NCBI GenBank assembly: GCA_963662695.2
Contig: CAXXDC010000002.1
Coordinates: 650,022-714,021 of the forward strand
DNA from: Clostridia bacterium
GTDB lineage: Bacteria > Bacillota > Clostridia > SK-Y3
Length of the DNA: 64,000 bases
Reading direction: 5' to 3'
In this document: positions 1 through 9,572 of the stretch, piece after piece
Numbering within the stretch: position 1 is the first letter of the stretch
Layout of the letters: the number at the start of each line of letters is the position of its first letter
The notes under the pieces: generated by a model
The model's input: only the letters and a program-made list of their open reading frames with translations
What the model was told of the DNA's origin: nothing
Database searches by the model: none
Position numbers and translations under genes: made by a program

Positions 1-973
1 CATTTATCGAAAGTCCTAATCCAAAAAGAGAAGAAGGATTCTTGACATTGTCAAAATTGTTAGCCATGATGCTCCACCAAAATAAATCAAATATTCCAGC
101 CGCAAAAAGCATAATAGAACAGATAACTATAAAACTAAATGCCGTTTGTTCTAAAAAAGCAAAGAGTATAAATGTCACACCCCACAATGCAAGGCCTACG
201 TATAGGAAATAAAATTTATTTCTCTTATAAAACCTTGATAATAGATATATCGCAACAATATAAGGAATATTTGTATAAATACTAGTAAGAAGTTGGAATT
301 CTCCAAAATATGGATATATGACTTGAAACATAATACCTGAATTGATAGTAATTACAAAGATGAACAGGAAAAATATCCAATAGTGTTTCAATATATATTC
401 TGTCCCTTGTTCAATAATAGGCTGCCTTACGAGCTTTTCGTTAGTATCTATTTTTAGAGTAGCAATAAAAGCTAAAATAAGTAATATTTCAATAAAAATA
501 AAACTAATGATTGGCATTGCATTATTCGCAAAAATATGGGCTCCAATCAATATTATATTTCCATATATTAATAGGTTAGCTACCGTTTTAGCTCTTTGTT
601 CAGATGGAATATAGCCTTTTATCATGTGACCATTGGATGCAATAACAATCCCAGTCAGAAATGATACAAAAGGAATAATATAGACCCATGTCTTTACAGA
701 AACAAATGGTATAAAAAGACTTAGAACGATAGAGCCTCCTGTGCATATCAATGTGGCTTTTCTCGCGGATATAATATCTTGAGTAATATATCTACCACAA
801 AACAGCCCTCCAAAATGCAAAAATACAGTAAGGGTATTAAGTAAAACACCATCTATCCCCTTTTCTCCTGCCATCGCATACATTACAGGCCCTTCATAGG
901 GAAATGACATAACCCATCCAAACACAATAGAAAAGCTTATTAATAAGTAATATTTGTTCTTCATAAATTTCAT
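1..973 (-). CDS. Polytopic membrane transporter (MFS-like), C-terminus cut by window edge
   Basis: Not in the ORF track because it runs off the window. Minus-strand ATG at 973-971 follows a GGAGTG RBS. My translation (MKFMKNKYYLLISFSIVFGWVMSFPYEGPVMYAMAGEKG...) stays open to position 1 and is a series of hydrophobic helices. Confidence 0.45.
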   Translation of the reverse strand, partial: MKFMKNKYYLLISFSIVFGWVMSFPYEGPVMYAMAGEKGIDGVLLNTLTVFLHFGGLFCGRYITQDIISARKATLICTGGSIVLSLFIPFVSVKTWVYIIPFVSFLTGIVIASNGHMIKGYIPSEQRAKTVANLLIYGNIILIGAHIFANNAMPIISFIFIEILLILAFIATLKIDTNEKLVRQPIIEQGTEYILKHYWIFFLFIFVITINSGIMFQVIYPYFGEFQLLTSIYTNIPYIVAIYLLSRFYKRNKFYFLYVGLALWGVTFILFAFLEQTAFSFIVICSIMLFAAGIFDLFWWSIMANNFDNVKNPSSLFGLGLSIN

Positions 974-1155
974 ATAAAAGTCACTCCACAATCTATCGTA
1001 AAATATAATTAACCATAATAGCCAGTTATATTATACCCTCATTAACTATTATGGTCAACAACATATTACTTCGCTTACTCTTACCAACTATTCTTTAAAT
1101 TCATATTAATAATATATACGATATTATATGTATATTTACAAACCTTGGATCAGAT

Positions 1156-2148
1156 TCATTTTCTGAGTATTCTCTCTATCTTCTCGAGCTCTTCATGATT
1201 AAATTCTAAATTGTTAATTGTAGCAACACAGTCTTCAATTTGACTCACTTTACTAGCACCTATCAAAACAGAAGTTATGGCTTTCTTTCTTAACACCCAT
1301 GCTAAAGCCATTTGAGCCATCGTTTGATTACGACTAGAAGCCATCTCATTTAACTGTTTTACATTGTCAATAAGTTCTTTCTTTATATCTTTTCTGTTTA
1401 AAAATACACTTTTACTTGCCGCTCTAGAATCCTCAGGTATACCATTAAGGTATTTATTTGTAAGTACGCCTTTTGCTAAAGGAGAAAACACTATACATCC
1501 AACCCCTTCTTCTTCTAACAAATCCAATAGCCCATCTTCTACCCATCTGTCTAGCATCGAATATCTTGGTTGATGTATCAAACAAGGTGTTCCTAACTGA
1601 TTTAATATATCAATTGCTTTTTTTGCTTCTGTTGGTCTATAATTTGATAATCCCACATAAAGTGCTTTTCCTTGGCGTACAATCAAGTCCAATGCTGACA
1701 TCGTCTCTTCTAAAGGAGTATCTGGATCTGGTCGGTGATGATAAAAAATGTCTACATACTCTAGTTCCATACGTTTTAAACTTTGATCCAAACTAGAAAC
1801 TAAATATTTTTTCGATCCCCAATCTCCATATGGACCTGACCACATGTAATATCCCGCTTTTGATGAAATAATCATTTCATCCCGATGAGATATAAAATCC
1901 TTTTTTATGATTCTCCCAAAAGTCTCTTCAGCCGAACCAGGAGATGGTCCATAATTATTCGCAAGGTCAAAATGTGTAATTCCTAAGTCAAATGCTCTTC
2001 TTATCATTTCTCTACTATTCTCAAAAACATTTGTATCTCCGAAATTATGCCATAGTCCTAATGAAATAGCTGGTAGTTTGAGTCCGCTATTTCCACATCT
2101 ATTATACTTCATCGAATCATATCTTTCTTCTTTTGGTATATACGTCAT
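1156..2148 (-). CDS. Aldo/keto reductase, YghZ/Gpr-like (L-glyceraldehyde-3-phosphate reductase family)
   Basis: N-terminus MKYNRCGNSGLKLPAISLGLWHNFG and HFDLANNYG are typical of the AKR YghZ-type family. The likely start is the ATG at 2148 (MTYIPKEE), preceded by GAGGAGGAG. The track ORF extends to 2169. Confidence 0.8.
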   Translation of the reverse strand: MTYIPKEERYDSMKYNRCGNSGLKLPAISLGLWHNFGDTNVFENSREMIRRAFDLGITHFDLANNYGPSPGSAEETFGRIIKKDFISHRDEMIISSKAGYYMWSGPYGDWGSKKYLVSSLDQSLKRMELEYVDIFYHHRPDPDTPLEETMSALDLIVRQGKALYVGLSNYRPTEAKKAIDILNQLGTPCLIHQPRYSMLDRWVEDGLLDLLEEEGVGCIVFSPLAKGVLTNKYLNGIPEDSRAASKSVFLNRKDIKKELIDNVKQLNEMASSRNQTMAQMALAWVLRKKAITSVLIGASKVSQIEDCVATINNLEFNHEELEKIERILRK

Positions 2149-2180
2149 TTTATTTCTCCTCCTCATCAATAATAATGTAA

Positions 2181-2825
2181 CTAATTATTCATTAAACCTT
2201 TAATCACAAAGATAATAAACATTGAAAAATCAGGTATGAATTCAGAAGGCACATGAGAAATACCTGATTTCTTAATCGCCTCGTTTTGTATTTCACTTGC
2301 TTGTGTAGCAGGATATAACCCCATAGCATAATGCAGTTGCATACGCAAAAATATTTCAATATTGCTACAAGGTAAATTAGGTAATATTACTCCAATAAGA
2401 GTATATATTTTTTCAAATTCTTCAAAAAGCTCCTTTTTATAATTTGCCAATTTATCTACTGATACATTTTTTTCAATAATGGAGTAAAGGATAGAAAAAA
2501 GTCCTATTAATCTTTTATGTTCATAGATCGTCTTAGACCATATACCAGCAAACTCTTCAATGGATAGATTAGATTTGCCTTCATAATTAATTAGCAAATC
2601 ATTTATCCATAGCCTAACATCTTTCAAGATGATTTCTAAGAATATTTCTTCCTTGGTTGATATATATTTATATAAATTAGCACGAGAAAAACAAAGCTCT
2701 TTTGCTATTGAAGCAAGTGTTATTTTATCATACGGCATCTTTTCATATAGCTTTATCGTAGCTTCAGTAATCTGATTTAAACGAATATACTTTTGCTCTT
2801 GACTTCGGGCACGTTTAAAACACAT
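2181..2825 (-). CDS. TetR/AcrR family transcriptional regulator
   Basis: N-terminal HTH segment (ITLASIAKELCFSRANLYKYISTKEEIF) and about 210 aa size. It is divergent from the reductase gene at 2939. Confidence 0.8.
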   Translation of the reverse strand: MCFKRARSQEQKYIRLNQITEATIKLYEKMPYDKITLASIAKELCFSRANLYKYISTKEEIFLEIILKDVRLWINDLLINYEGKSNLSIEEFAGIWSKTIYEHKRLIGLFSILYSIIEKNVSVDKLANYKKELFEEFEKIYTLIGVILPNLPCSNIEIFLRMQLHYAMGLYPATQASEIQNEAIKKSGISHVPSEFIPDFSMFIIFVIKGLMNN

Positions 2826-2871
2826 TATTTCACCTCAATTCTTAAAATGATAATATCATATTCATTTGCAC

Positions 2872-2920
2872 TTGACAAGTAACACCATGTCATTTATACT
2901 ATAAATGACATGGTGTTACT
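2872..2920 (+). promoter_or_regulatory. Sigma-A type promoter overlapped by a perfect 19-bp inverted repeat (probable TetR operator)
   Basis: TTGACA (2872-2877), 17 nt spacer, TATACT (2895-2900). AGTAACACCATGTCATTTA / TAAATGACATGGTGTTACT is a perfect palindrome spanning 2878-2920. It lies just upstream of the GGAGG RBS and the GTG start at 2939. Confidence 0.7.
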
Positions 2921-2938
2921 TATGAAGGAGGAATCATT

Positions 2939-4156
2939 GTGCAGTTTAGAAAAATGCCAAAATCAAAGGATAAACTTTCCGTTCTTGGGTATGGGTGTAT
3001 GAGAATGCCAACACGTATAGGCGGTGTACCATCAGCATTTATCGATAAAGAAAAAGCACTCCAACAAATTCGAGGGGCAATCGACGCTGGTGTTAATTAT
3101 CTAGATACTGCATGGCCCTATCACGCAGGTGCGTCTGAAAGCTTCCTAGGAGAACATGTTTTAAAAGATGGTTATCGCGAAAAAGTTTATATTGCTACAA
3201 AATTACCTTGTATGATTATCAAAAGAAAAGATAAAATAGAAGAAATTTTCAATAAACAATTAAAAAAACTACAAGTAGATTATATTGATTATTATTTATT
3301 ACATAGTTTGGATGGCTCTTCTTGGGATAAGATGCTCTCTCTCGATATCATTGAGTTTATGAATAAAATCAAGAGAGAAGGAAAAATCCGACATATGGGA
3401 TTTTCATTCCATGGTAAACATGAGGACTTCCTTAGAATAGTTGACGGTTATGATTGGGATTTTACCCAGGTACAATACAATATTCTAGACGAGAATTTTC
3501 AAGCGGGAATAAAAGGCATTGAATATGCTTCAAACAAAGGACTTGGTATTATTATTATGGAACCTCTTAGAGGTGGTGCTTTAGTGGGAAAAATACCTAA
3601 AGAAATAAAAAAAATATACGACGAAGCCCTAATAAAAAGAAGCGCAGCTGATTGGGCTTTTAGATGGATATACAATCATCCAGCTGTTACTTTGGTGTTA
3701 TCTGGTATGAATAACGAGGAACATATAAAAGAAAATATTAAAGTTGCTACTGAATCATTACCAAACAGTTTAACAGAAGAAGAAATCTCAATTATCAATA
3801 AGGCACGAGATAAATATTATGAATTAATGCAAGTAGGTTGTACTGGTTGTGCGTACTGTATGCCATGTCCTGCTGGTATAGATATCCCTGGCGCCTTTAA
3901 GCATCTAAACAGTTATCATATGTTTGGTAAATTAGAATCAAAAATGCTTCATATGGCCTTTGCAGGTATTATGACCGATGATGGAAAACCACACTGGACA
4001 AATTCGTGCATGGATTGCGGAAAATGCGAAAAAGCATGTCCTCAAAACATTGAAATTCGAAAAGAATTTAAAAAGGTGCAAAAGAATTTAGAGGGCTTTG
4101 GTATAAAAGCGCTTGCTAAAGTGTCCAGACCAATTATTAGTCGTAATAAGAAGTAA
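2939..4156 (+). CDS. Aldo/keto reductase fused to a C-terminal 4Fe-4S ferredoxin-type domain
   Basis: An AKR core (GYGCMRMP, LDTAWPYH, YYLLHSL) is followed by Cys clusters CTGCAYCMPCP and CMDCGKCEKACP, typical of Fe-S binding AKR oxidoreductases. Confidence 0.8.
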   Translation: MQFRKMPKSKDKLSVLGYGCMRMPTRIGGVPSAFIDKEKALQQIRGAIDAGVNYLDTAWPYHAGASESFLGEHVLKDGYREKVYIATKLPCMIIKRKDKIEEIFNKQLKKLQVDYIDYYLLHSLDGSSWDKMLSLDIIEFMNKIKREGKIRHMGFSFHGKHEDFLRIVDGYDWDFTQVQYNILDENFQAGIKGIEYASNKGLGIIIMEPLRGGALVGKIPKEIKKIYDEALIKRSAADWAFRWIYNHPAVTLVLSGMNNEEHIKENIKVATESLPNSLTEEEISIINKARDKYYELMQVGCTGCAYCMPCPAGIDIPGAFKHLNSYHMFGKLESKMLHMAFAGIMTDDGKPHWTNSCMDCGKCEKACPQNIEIRKEFKKVQKNLEGFGIKALAKVSRPIISRNKK

Positions 4157-4174
4157 TGTTCAAATGTCGAAAAT

Positions 4175-4224
4175 AAAGAAATAGAAAAGACAAGTTCAAT
4201 ACCACTTGTCTTTTCTATTTCTTT
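4175..4224. terminator. Bidirectional intrinsic terminator between convergent genes
   Basis: Perfect 21-bp stem AAAGAAATAGAAAAGACAAGT / ACTTGTCTTTTCTATTTCTTT with an 8-nt loop. It sits between the stop of the + strand reductase (4156) and the stop of metE (4252). Confidence 0.75.
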
Positions 4225-4251
4225 ACACCATATTCTTTATATATTTTCTTA

Positions 4252-6528
4252 TCAAAGTCTTATTTCTAAAACCTTATTCCTCGCTACGACTAAGTTCCTA
4301 AGGCTTTCTATTGTCTCTCGTTCCCCTCTTGTTTTCAATCCACAGTCAGGGTTAATCCACAATTTTTCACTTCTTACTTTCGTTAAGAGTTTTAAAGTAT
4401 TACTCACTAGTTCACTCACACTAGGAACTCTTGGTGAATGTATATCATAGATGCCTGGGCCAACCTCTGTTTGAAACTCTTCTTTTTCAATTGCTTCTAA
4501 TATATCCATACTTGATCTTGAAGCTTCAAAAGATATGACATCTGCATCCATAGCGTCGATATGTTGAATAATCTCATTAAACTCACTATAACACATATGG
4601 GTATGAATTTGCGTTTCTGGCTTCACTCCACTATGAACCAGTCTAAATGCTCTAATGGCCCAATCCAAATAGTCTCTCCCCCACTCTTCTCTTCGAAGTG
4701 GTAGTTTTTCTTTTAGGGCTGCTTCATCCACTTGAATAATTGACACACCATGCCTTTCTAAATCTAAAACTTCTTCTCGGATAGCCATGCCTATCTGATA
4801 TGCAATCTGTTCCAAGCTGATATCCTCTCTTGGAAAGGACCAATTTAAAATCGTTACAGGCCCTGTTAACATTCCTTTAACAGGTTTATTTGTCAATTGA
4901 TTTGCATAGAGTGTTTCCCTCAAAGTCATAGGTTCAACCCTTTTAATATCGTCACATATAATTGGTGGTTTAACACATCTTGTACCATAGGATTGTACCC
5001 ACGCCTTCTTAGTGAATATGAACCCTGCCAACTTTTCACCAAAAAATTCTACCATGTCACTCCTCTCAAACTCTCCATGTACAAGGACATCTAAATTCAG
5101 TTCTTCTTGCAGTTTGATACAGGATTCAATCTTGTTATCAATAAAAAGTTCGTACTCTGCCTTAGAGACTTTACCTTTTTTATATCTACTTCGCATCGTT
5201 CGTATCTCTTTTGTTTGAGGGAAAGAACCAATGGTTGTTGTAGGTAAAAGCGGTAGGTTTAATGTCTTTTTTTGAATATCACGTCTATCTTTAAAATTAG
5301 GCTTTCTAATAAAATCTTCCTCCATCAATAATTTCGCTAGATTGTCAGATTTCATTGCCCTTAATTCAGTCGCTTTTTTAAAATACTGTTGATTCAAAGC
5401 GAATTTTATATCTTTTTGAGGATCATCGCGTTTACATAGTTTCACAATATCTTGTAATTCAATTAGCTTCTCCTTAGCAAAAGCTAATAATGGATGGTTT
5501 TTTACTACATCATACTCATCTTCAACAGTATATGGTACATGTAATAATGAGCATGATGTATTTACAACTAAATATTCTTCTTGTATACTAGCTTTTAATT
5601 TTCGAATAATATTTATAGACTTTTCATATGAAGTTCTCCAGACATTTTTTCCATTTACAATACCTGCATATAGAAAAGTTTTTTCCGGGAAGCCATTTTT
5701 CTTGATAAGATGGCACGTTTCTTTTCCCTCAATAAAATCCAAACCAATCCCATCAAAGTCTAGAGCCATTATATTCTGATAACAATCTCGAATATCTCCA
5801 AAATAGGTTTGCAATTTTATCTTCAGTTTCCCTTTACTATTTAATAGTTTTCTATATGTATATTCAAATAGTTCAATATCCGATTTATTTAAATCCATCA
5901 CTAAAAAAGGTTCTTCTATTTGTATCCACGTAGCATCCAAATCAGATAGGTTTGCAATTACTTCTTTATAACATGCTATCAAGTCGTCAATAATATCTGT
6001 TTTTTCTATGCTATCTTTAAAATCAATTAAATTGATAAGGGTAAATGGTCCAATAATTGTTGGTGTAGTTTTTATACCAAGACGCTTAGCCTCCTTAAAA
6101 TGGCGAAAAATTTTGTCGTCATTGACTTTAAGTTTAGTATTTTCATCTACAACCGGAACAATATAGTGATAATTAGTATTGAACCATTTCTTCATAGCAA
6201 GAGCTTTAACGTCCCCTTTAATACCTTGATAACCTCTTGCCATAGCAAAGTAAGTATCTAAATTAGATAAACCTAGTTCAAGATATCTTTTTTCAATCAT
6301 ATTGAAAAGGAAAACAGTATCTAACACTTGATCATAATAGGAAAAATCATTAGAAGTTATATCATCAATACCAGCTCTTTGGATATCCTTCCATTGTTTT
6401 TCTCGTAGTTTTTTCGCACCCTCTTCTAATGCATACTCGTCAATCTCTTTTCGAAAATACTTTTCTATCAAAAATTTCAACTCTCTAGTTTCACCAATTC
6501 TTGGATAACCGATTATTCCACTTTTCAT
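4252..6528 (-). CDS. metE: Cobalamin-independent methionine synthase (5-methyltetrahydropteroyltriglutamate-homocysteine methyltransferase)
   Basis: 758 aa two-domain protein. It has the characteristic N-terminus GYPRIGETRELK and C-terminal segments HTHMCYSEF and INPDCGLKTR (zinc ligand region). Confidence 0.93.
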   Translation of the reverse strand: MKSGIIGYPRIGETRELKFLIEKYFRKEIDEYALEEGAKKLREKQWKDIQRAGIDDITSNDFSYYDQVLDTVFLFNMIEKRYLELGLSNLDTYFAMARGYQGIKGDVKALAMKKWFNTNYHYIVPVVDENTKLKVNDDKIFRHFKEAKRLGIKTTPTIIGPFTLINLIDFKDSIEKTDIIDDLIACYKEVIANLSDLDATWIQIEEPFLVMDLNKSDIELFEYTYRKLLNSKGKLKIKLQTYFGDIRDCYQNIMALDFDGIGLDFIEGKETCHLIKKNGFPEKTFLYAGIVNGKNVWRTSYEKSINIIRKLKASIQEEYLVVNTSCSLLHVPYTVEDEYDVVKNHPLLAFAKEKLIELQDIVKLCKRDDPQKDIKFALNQQYFKKATELRAMKSDNLAKLLMEEDFIRKPNFKDRRDIQKKTLNLPLLPTTTIGSFPQTKEIRTMRSRYKKGKVSKAEYELFIDNKIESCIKLQEELNLDVLVHGEFERSDMVEFFGEKLAGFIFTKKAWVQSYGTRCVKPPIICDDIKRVEPMTLRETLYANQLTNKPVKGMLTGPVTILNWSFPREDISLEQIAYQIGMAIREEVLDLERHGVSIIQVDEAALKEKLPLRREEWGRDYLDWAIRAFRLVHSGVKPETQIHTHMCYSEFNEIIQHIDAMDADVISFEASRSSMDILEAIEKEEFQTEVGPGIYDIHSPRVPSVSELVSNTLKLLTKVRSEKLWINPDCGLKTRGERETIESLRNLVVARNKVLEIRL

Positions 6529-6595
6529 ATAACAAGTTCCTTTCTATTTGTTTTGATTATCTTAATCATATCAAAAGAATCTGTTATAGTATAAC

Positions 6596-6610
6596 TGATA
6601 AAAACTATCA
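6596..6610. promoter_or_regulatory. Interrupted dyad TGATA-N5-TATCA upstream of metE (possible LysR-type regulator site)
   Basis: The dyad is seen directly. It lies in the 94-nt gap between the LysR gene stop and the metE start, next to a minus-strand TATACT -10-like hexamer. The functional assignment is inference only. Confidence 0.25.
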
Positions 6611-6622
6611 CCTGATATAACT

Positions 6623-7534
6623 TTAATCTATATCAAGTGATAGTTCTTGTTTTAAAGCATCAATATATATATTTGCTAGACAACTCCTCTTCGTATCTTT
6701 ATGAACCACATATCCAATGGTCATCTCTTCATCAATCTCAAGAGGAATACTAATAATCTCATTACCATTTAGGTCTTCATTTAATACACCTGTTGATATC
6801 GTGTATCCATTTATACCAATCAGTAAATTAAAAAGAGTTGCTCGATCACTAACGGTTATAGATTTCTTATGTGACAATGTACTTAGTATCTCCTCTGAAA
6901 AATGGAACGAGTTATACTCCCCTTGCTCAAAACTTAGATAAGGATATTCTTCTAGGTCTTTTATTTTCACTATGCTCTTTGTTGCTAAAGGGTTCTTATC
7001 ACTAATAAAAACATGGGGCTTTGCAGTGAAGAGTTCAGTAAAAACAAGGTGAAACTCATGGAAAAACTTCTCCAAAACCTTTCGATTGAATGCATTGATA
7101 TATAATATTCCTATCTCACTTCTAAGATTTTTAACATCATCAAGAATTTCATAGGTTTTCGTTTCTCTAAGAATTAACTCGTAATCTTCTTCACCAAATC
7201 TTTGAACTAAATTAACAAAGGCACTCACTGCAAAAGCGTAATGCTGGGTAGTAATGGCAAATCGTTGCCTTTTCTTATACTGTTTCAAGTATCTTTGCTC
7301 CAACAATTCACTTTCTTCAAGTACTTGTTTTGCATACCCTAAAAACTCAATACCTTCAATCGTTACTTGGATCCCTCGATTGGTTCGATAGAATATCTCA
7401 ATATCCAATTCTCTTTCTAACTCTTTAATGGCCTTCGAAAGAGTAGGTTGTGTAATAAAAAGCTTCTTAGCCGCAATGTTCATAGAACCATTCTCAGCGA
7501 TCACCATGGCATATTTTAACTGTTGTAATGTCAT
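6623..7534 (-). CDS. LysR family transcriptional regulator
   Basis: N-terminal HTH (MTLQQLKYAMVIAENGSMNIAAKKLFITQPTLSKAIKELE) plus an approximately 200-aa substrate-binding domain. About 300 aa in total. Confidence 0.88.
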   Translation of the reverse strand: MTLQQLKYAMVIAENGSMNIAAKKLFITQPTLSKAIKELERELDIEIFYRTNRGIQVTIEGIEFLGYAKQVLEESELLEQRYLKQYKKRQRFAITTQHYAFAVSAFVNLVQRFGEEDYELILRETKTYEILDDVKNLRSEIGILYINAFNRKVLEKFFHEFHLVFTELFTAKPHVFISDKNPLATKSIVKIKDLEEYPYLSFEQGEYNSFHFSEEILSTLSHKKSITVSDRATLFNLLIGINGYTISTGVLNEDLNGNEIISIPLEIDEEMTIGYVVHKDTKRSCLANIYIDALKQELSLDID

Positions 7535-7553
7535 TGAAATTCACCTACTTTAT

Positions 7554-9302
7554 TTATCTCTCCGTCCACAATAAGTCATCAGTGCTACCGTCTCCACATG
7601 TGGGGAATCGTTCGTAGGAATACACAATTTCGTCTTTTTTTGCGTTATCATGTATTCCTTTAGGCTTTTTTGCAGTACAGTCCTCCTCTAGCTTCAGACC
7701 TGTCTTAAAAATAAAAGTAACTGAATAAGGATTCTTTATACCTGCTTCATCGACCTTTCCAATTATAACTTCATCGATAATGTTATCAAATATTTCTTTA
7801 TCAAATTTTTCTAGTAACTCATTACTGTCAAATACACTTCTGAAAGTCTCCATCTTTCCTTTTAGCTCTCTTTGTTCTTCAAAGGCATTTTGTAAGTCTT
7901 CTTGCTCTTCTGTAAGCTTATTAATTTCTGTCGCTGTCTTATTATATTTATCTTCATATGCTTCTTTACTTATTATATCATCAAGATTCAATTCTACAAG
8001 CTTGCTTAGCTTATTTTCTAGCTTATAGATATCTTCATTTATTTTTTTAATTTTCTTAGCTAAATCACTTTGTCCTATCGATTCTTCTACGTTCTTCAGA
8101 AACTCAACCACTACACTTTTATTGTTTGTACACATTACATTGAAGGCATCCACAAAAGCAGATTCTAATACGTCCTCTTTTATACTTTTGTAATTTTTGC
8201 AATACTTTTTACCTTTCTTGGTGCCTGTCAAACAAGCCCACACTACTTTTTTGTAGCTTGAATTACCATGCCATGAACGCCTTCCTATTGTACCACCACA
8301 AAAGCCACATTTCATCTTACTACTAAATGCATATTTCCTGCTGTATTTTTCACGCTTTATACCTTTTTCTGTTGCCCTCGGTATGCCTCTTCTATTCATA
8401 ATCCTTTGGGCTTCTTCAAATACTTCATTAGAAATAATAGGCTCATGGTTATCTTCGATATAGTACTTATCCTCTTCCCCGAAGTTTTTTAGTCTTCTAT
8501 GGGTAATTGGGTCTACTGTAAAGCTTTTTCCAAGTAATAAGTCACCTTTATACTTTTCATTTTTAATAATGCCTCTTACAGTGCTATCACCCCAAGCATT
8601 ACCTTTTTTAGTCTTATAGCCTAGATTATTTAATTCTCTTGCAATAATATGGCTTCCATTTCCTTCAATATACCTTTGAAAAATATATTTAACGATTTCT
8701 GCTTCTTTCTTATTAATAGCTATTGTTTTATCTTTGGAGTCATAATCATATCCTAAACATCCATTAAATCCTACTAATTCACCTCTTTTCATCTTCATTT
8801 TTAATCCCATTTTTACATTTGCAGATATTGATTCACTCTCCTGTTGAGCTAAAGAACTAAGGATTACTAATAACATTTCCCCATTCATTGTTAAGGTGTT
8901 TATATTTTCTTTCTCAAAGAATAAAGCAACATCATGTTTTTTTAGAAGTCTTACATATTTTAAGGTGTCTAAAGTGTTTCTAGCAAACCTGGAGATTGAC
9001 TTTGTTATAATCATATCTATCTTGTTTTCCGTTGCATCATTAATCATCTTTTGAAAGCTAATTCTGTTATTAATCTGTGTTCCTGATATAGCTTCATCCG
9101 CATAAATCTCTACTAATTCCCATTCAGGATTATTTTTAACCAACTGCTTATAATGTGTTACTTGGGAATTATAACTCAATAGTTGCTCTTCTGAATCTGT
9201 ACTTACACGACAATAGGCAGCAACTCGTAGCCGATCAATTTTCTTTGAATTTCTTCTGTTTATTCGATCAGAACAAGCTTCTATAACTTGTACCTCTTTC
9301 AT
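7554..9302 (-). CDS. Large serine recombinase (resolvase/invertase N-domain plus recombinase and zinc-ribbon domains)
   Basis: The catalytic-serine motif RVAAYCRVSTDSEEQ is at the N-terminus. There is a Cys cluster (CGFCGG...WAC) and a C-terminal coiled coil. 582 aa. Confidence 0.9.
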   Translation of the reverse strand: MKEVQVIEACSDRINRRNSKKIDRLRVAAYCRVSTDSEEQLLSYNSQVTHYKQLVKNNPEWELVEIYADEAISGTQINNRISFQKMINDATENKIDMIITKSISRFARNTLDTLKYVRLLKKHDVALFFEKENINTLTMNGEMLLVILSSLAQQESESISANVKMGLKMKMKRGELVGFNGCLGYDYDSKDKTIAINKKEAEIVKYIFQRYIEGNGSHIIARELNNLGYKTKKGNAWGDSTVRGIIKNEKYKGDLLLGKSFTVDPITHRRLKNFGEEDKYYIEDNHEPIISNEVFEEAQRIMNRRGIPRATEKGIKREKYSRKYAFSSKMKCGFCGGTIGRRSWHGNSSYKKVVWACLTGTKKGKKYCKNYKSIKEDVLESAFVDAFNVMCTNNKSVVVEFLKNVEESIGQSDLAKKIKKINEDIYKLENKLSKLVELNLDDIISKEAYEDKYNKTATEINKLTEEQEDLQNAFEEQRELKGKMETFRSVFDSNELLEKFDKEIFDNIIDEVIIGKVDEAGIKNPYSVTFIFKTGLKLEEDCTAKKPKGIHDNAKKDEIVYSYERFPTCGDGSTDDLLWTER

Positions 9303-9378
9303 AACCTTCTCCTTCCTATAGTATTATACAGATAAACACTTTAGCTAAAATGTGTTTACATTTTACTACATCCATTTT

Positions 9379-9525
9379 TCAGACTACAAGCAATCGTTCA
9401 TTTATTTTATATTTCTTTTTTATTTTATTTTTTATCAATTCATATTCTAATTTAGATACTAATTTTTTATCTAGTAATTTCTTTAACATTACTAGTTGCA
9501 TGTTATATACTAAAATGTTATCCAT
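9379..9525 (-). CDS. Small 48-aa protein upstream of the recombinase (SHOCT-like helix; possible recombination accessory factor)
   Basis: Below the track's size cut-off. GGGAGGGG RBS 5 nt before the ATG at 9525. Translation: MDNILVYNMQLVMLKKLLDKKLVSKLEYELIKNKIKKKYKINERLLVV. The function is inferred from its position only. Confidence 0.4.
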   Translation of the reverse strand: MDNILVYNMQLVMLKKLLDKKLVSKLEYELIKNKIKKKYKINERLLVV

Positions 9526-9572
9526 TGTACCCCTCCCACACTTAATGACCAAATTTTATTATAAATTGTTTT

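Noticed and set aside
6529-6622. Expected an S-box (SAM) riboswitch or T-box leader upstream of metE
   Set aside because: Only 94 nt separate the LysR stop from the metE start. That is too short for either leader, and I see no conserved S-box or T-box elements. Control by the LysR regulator is more likely.
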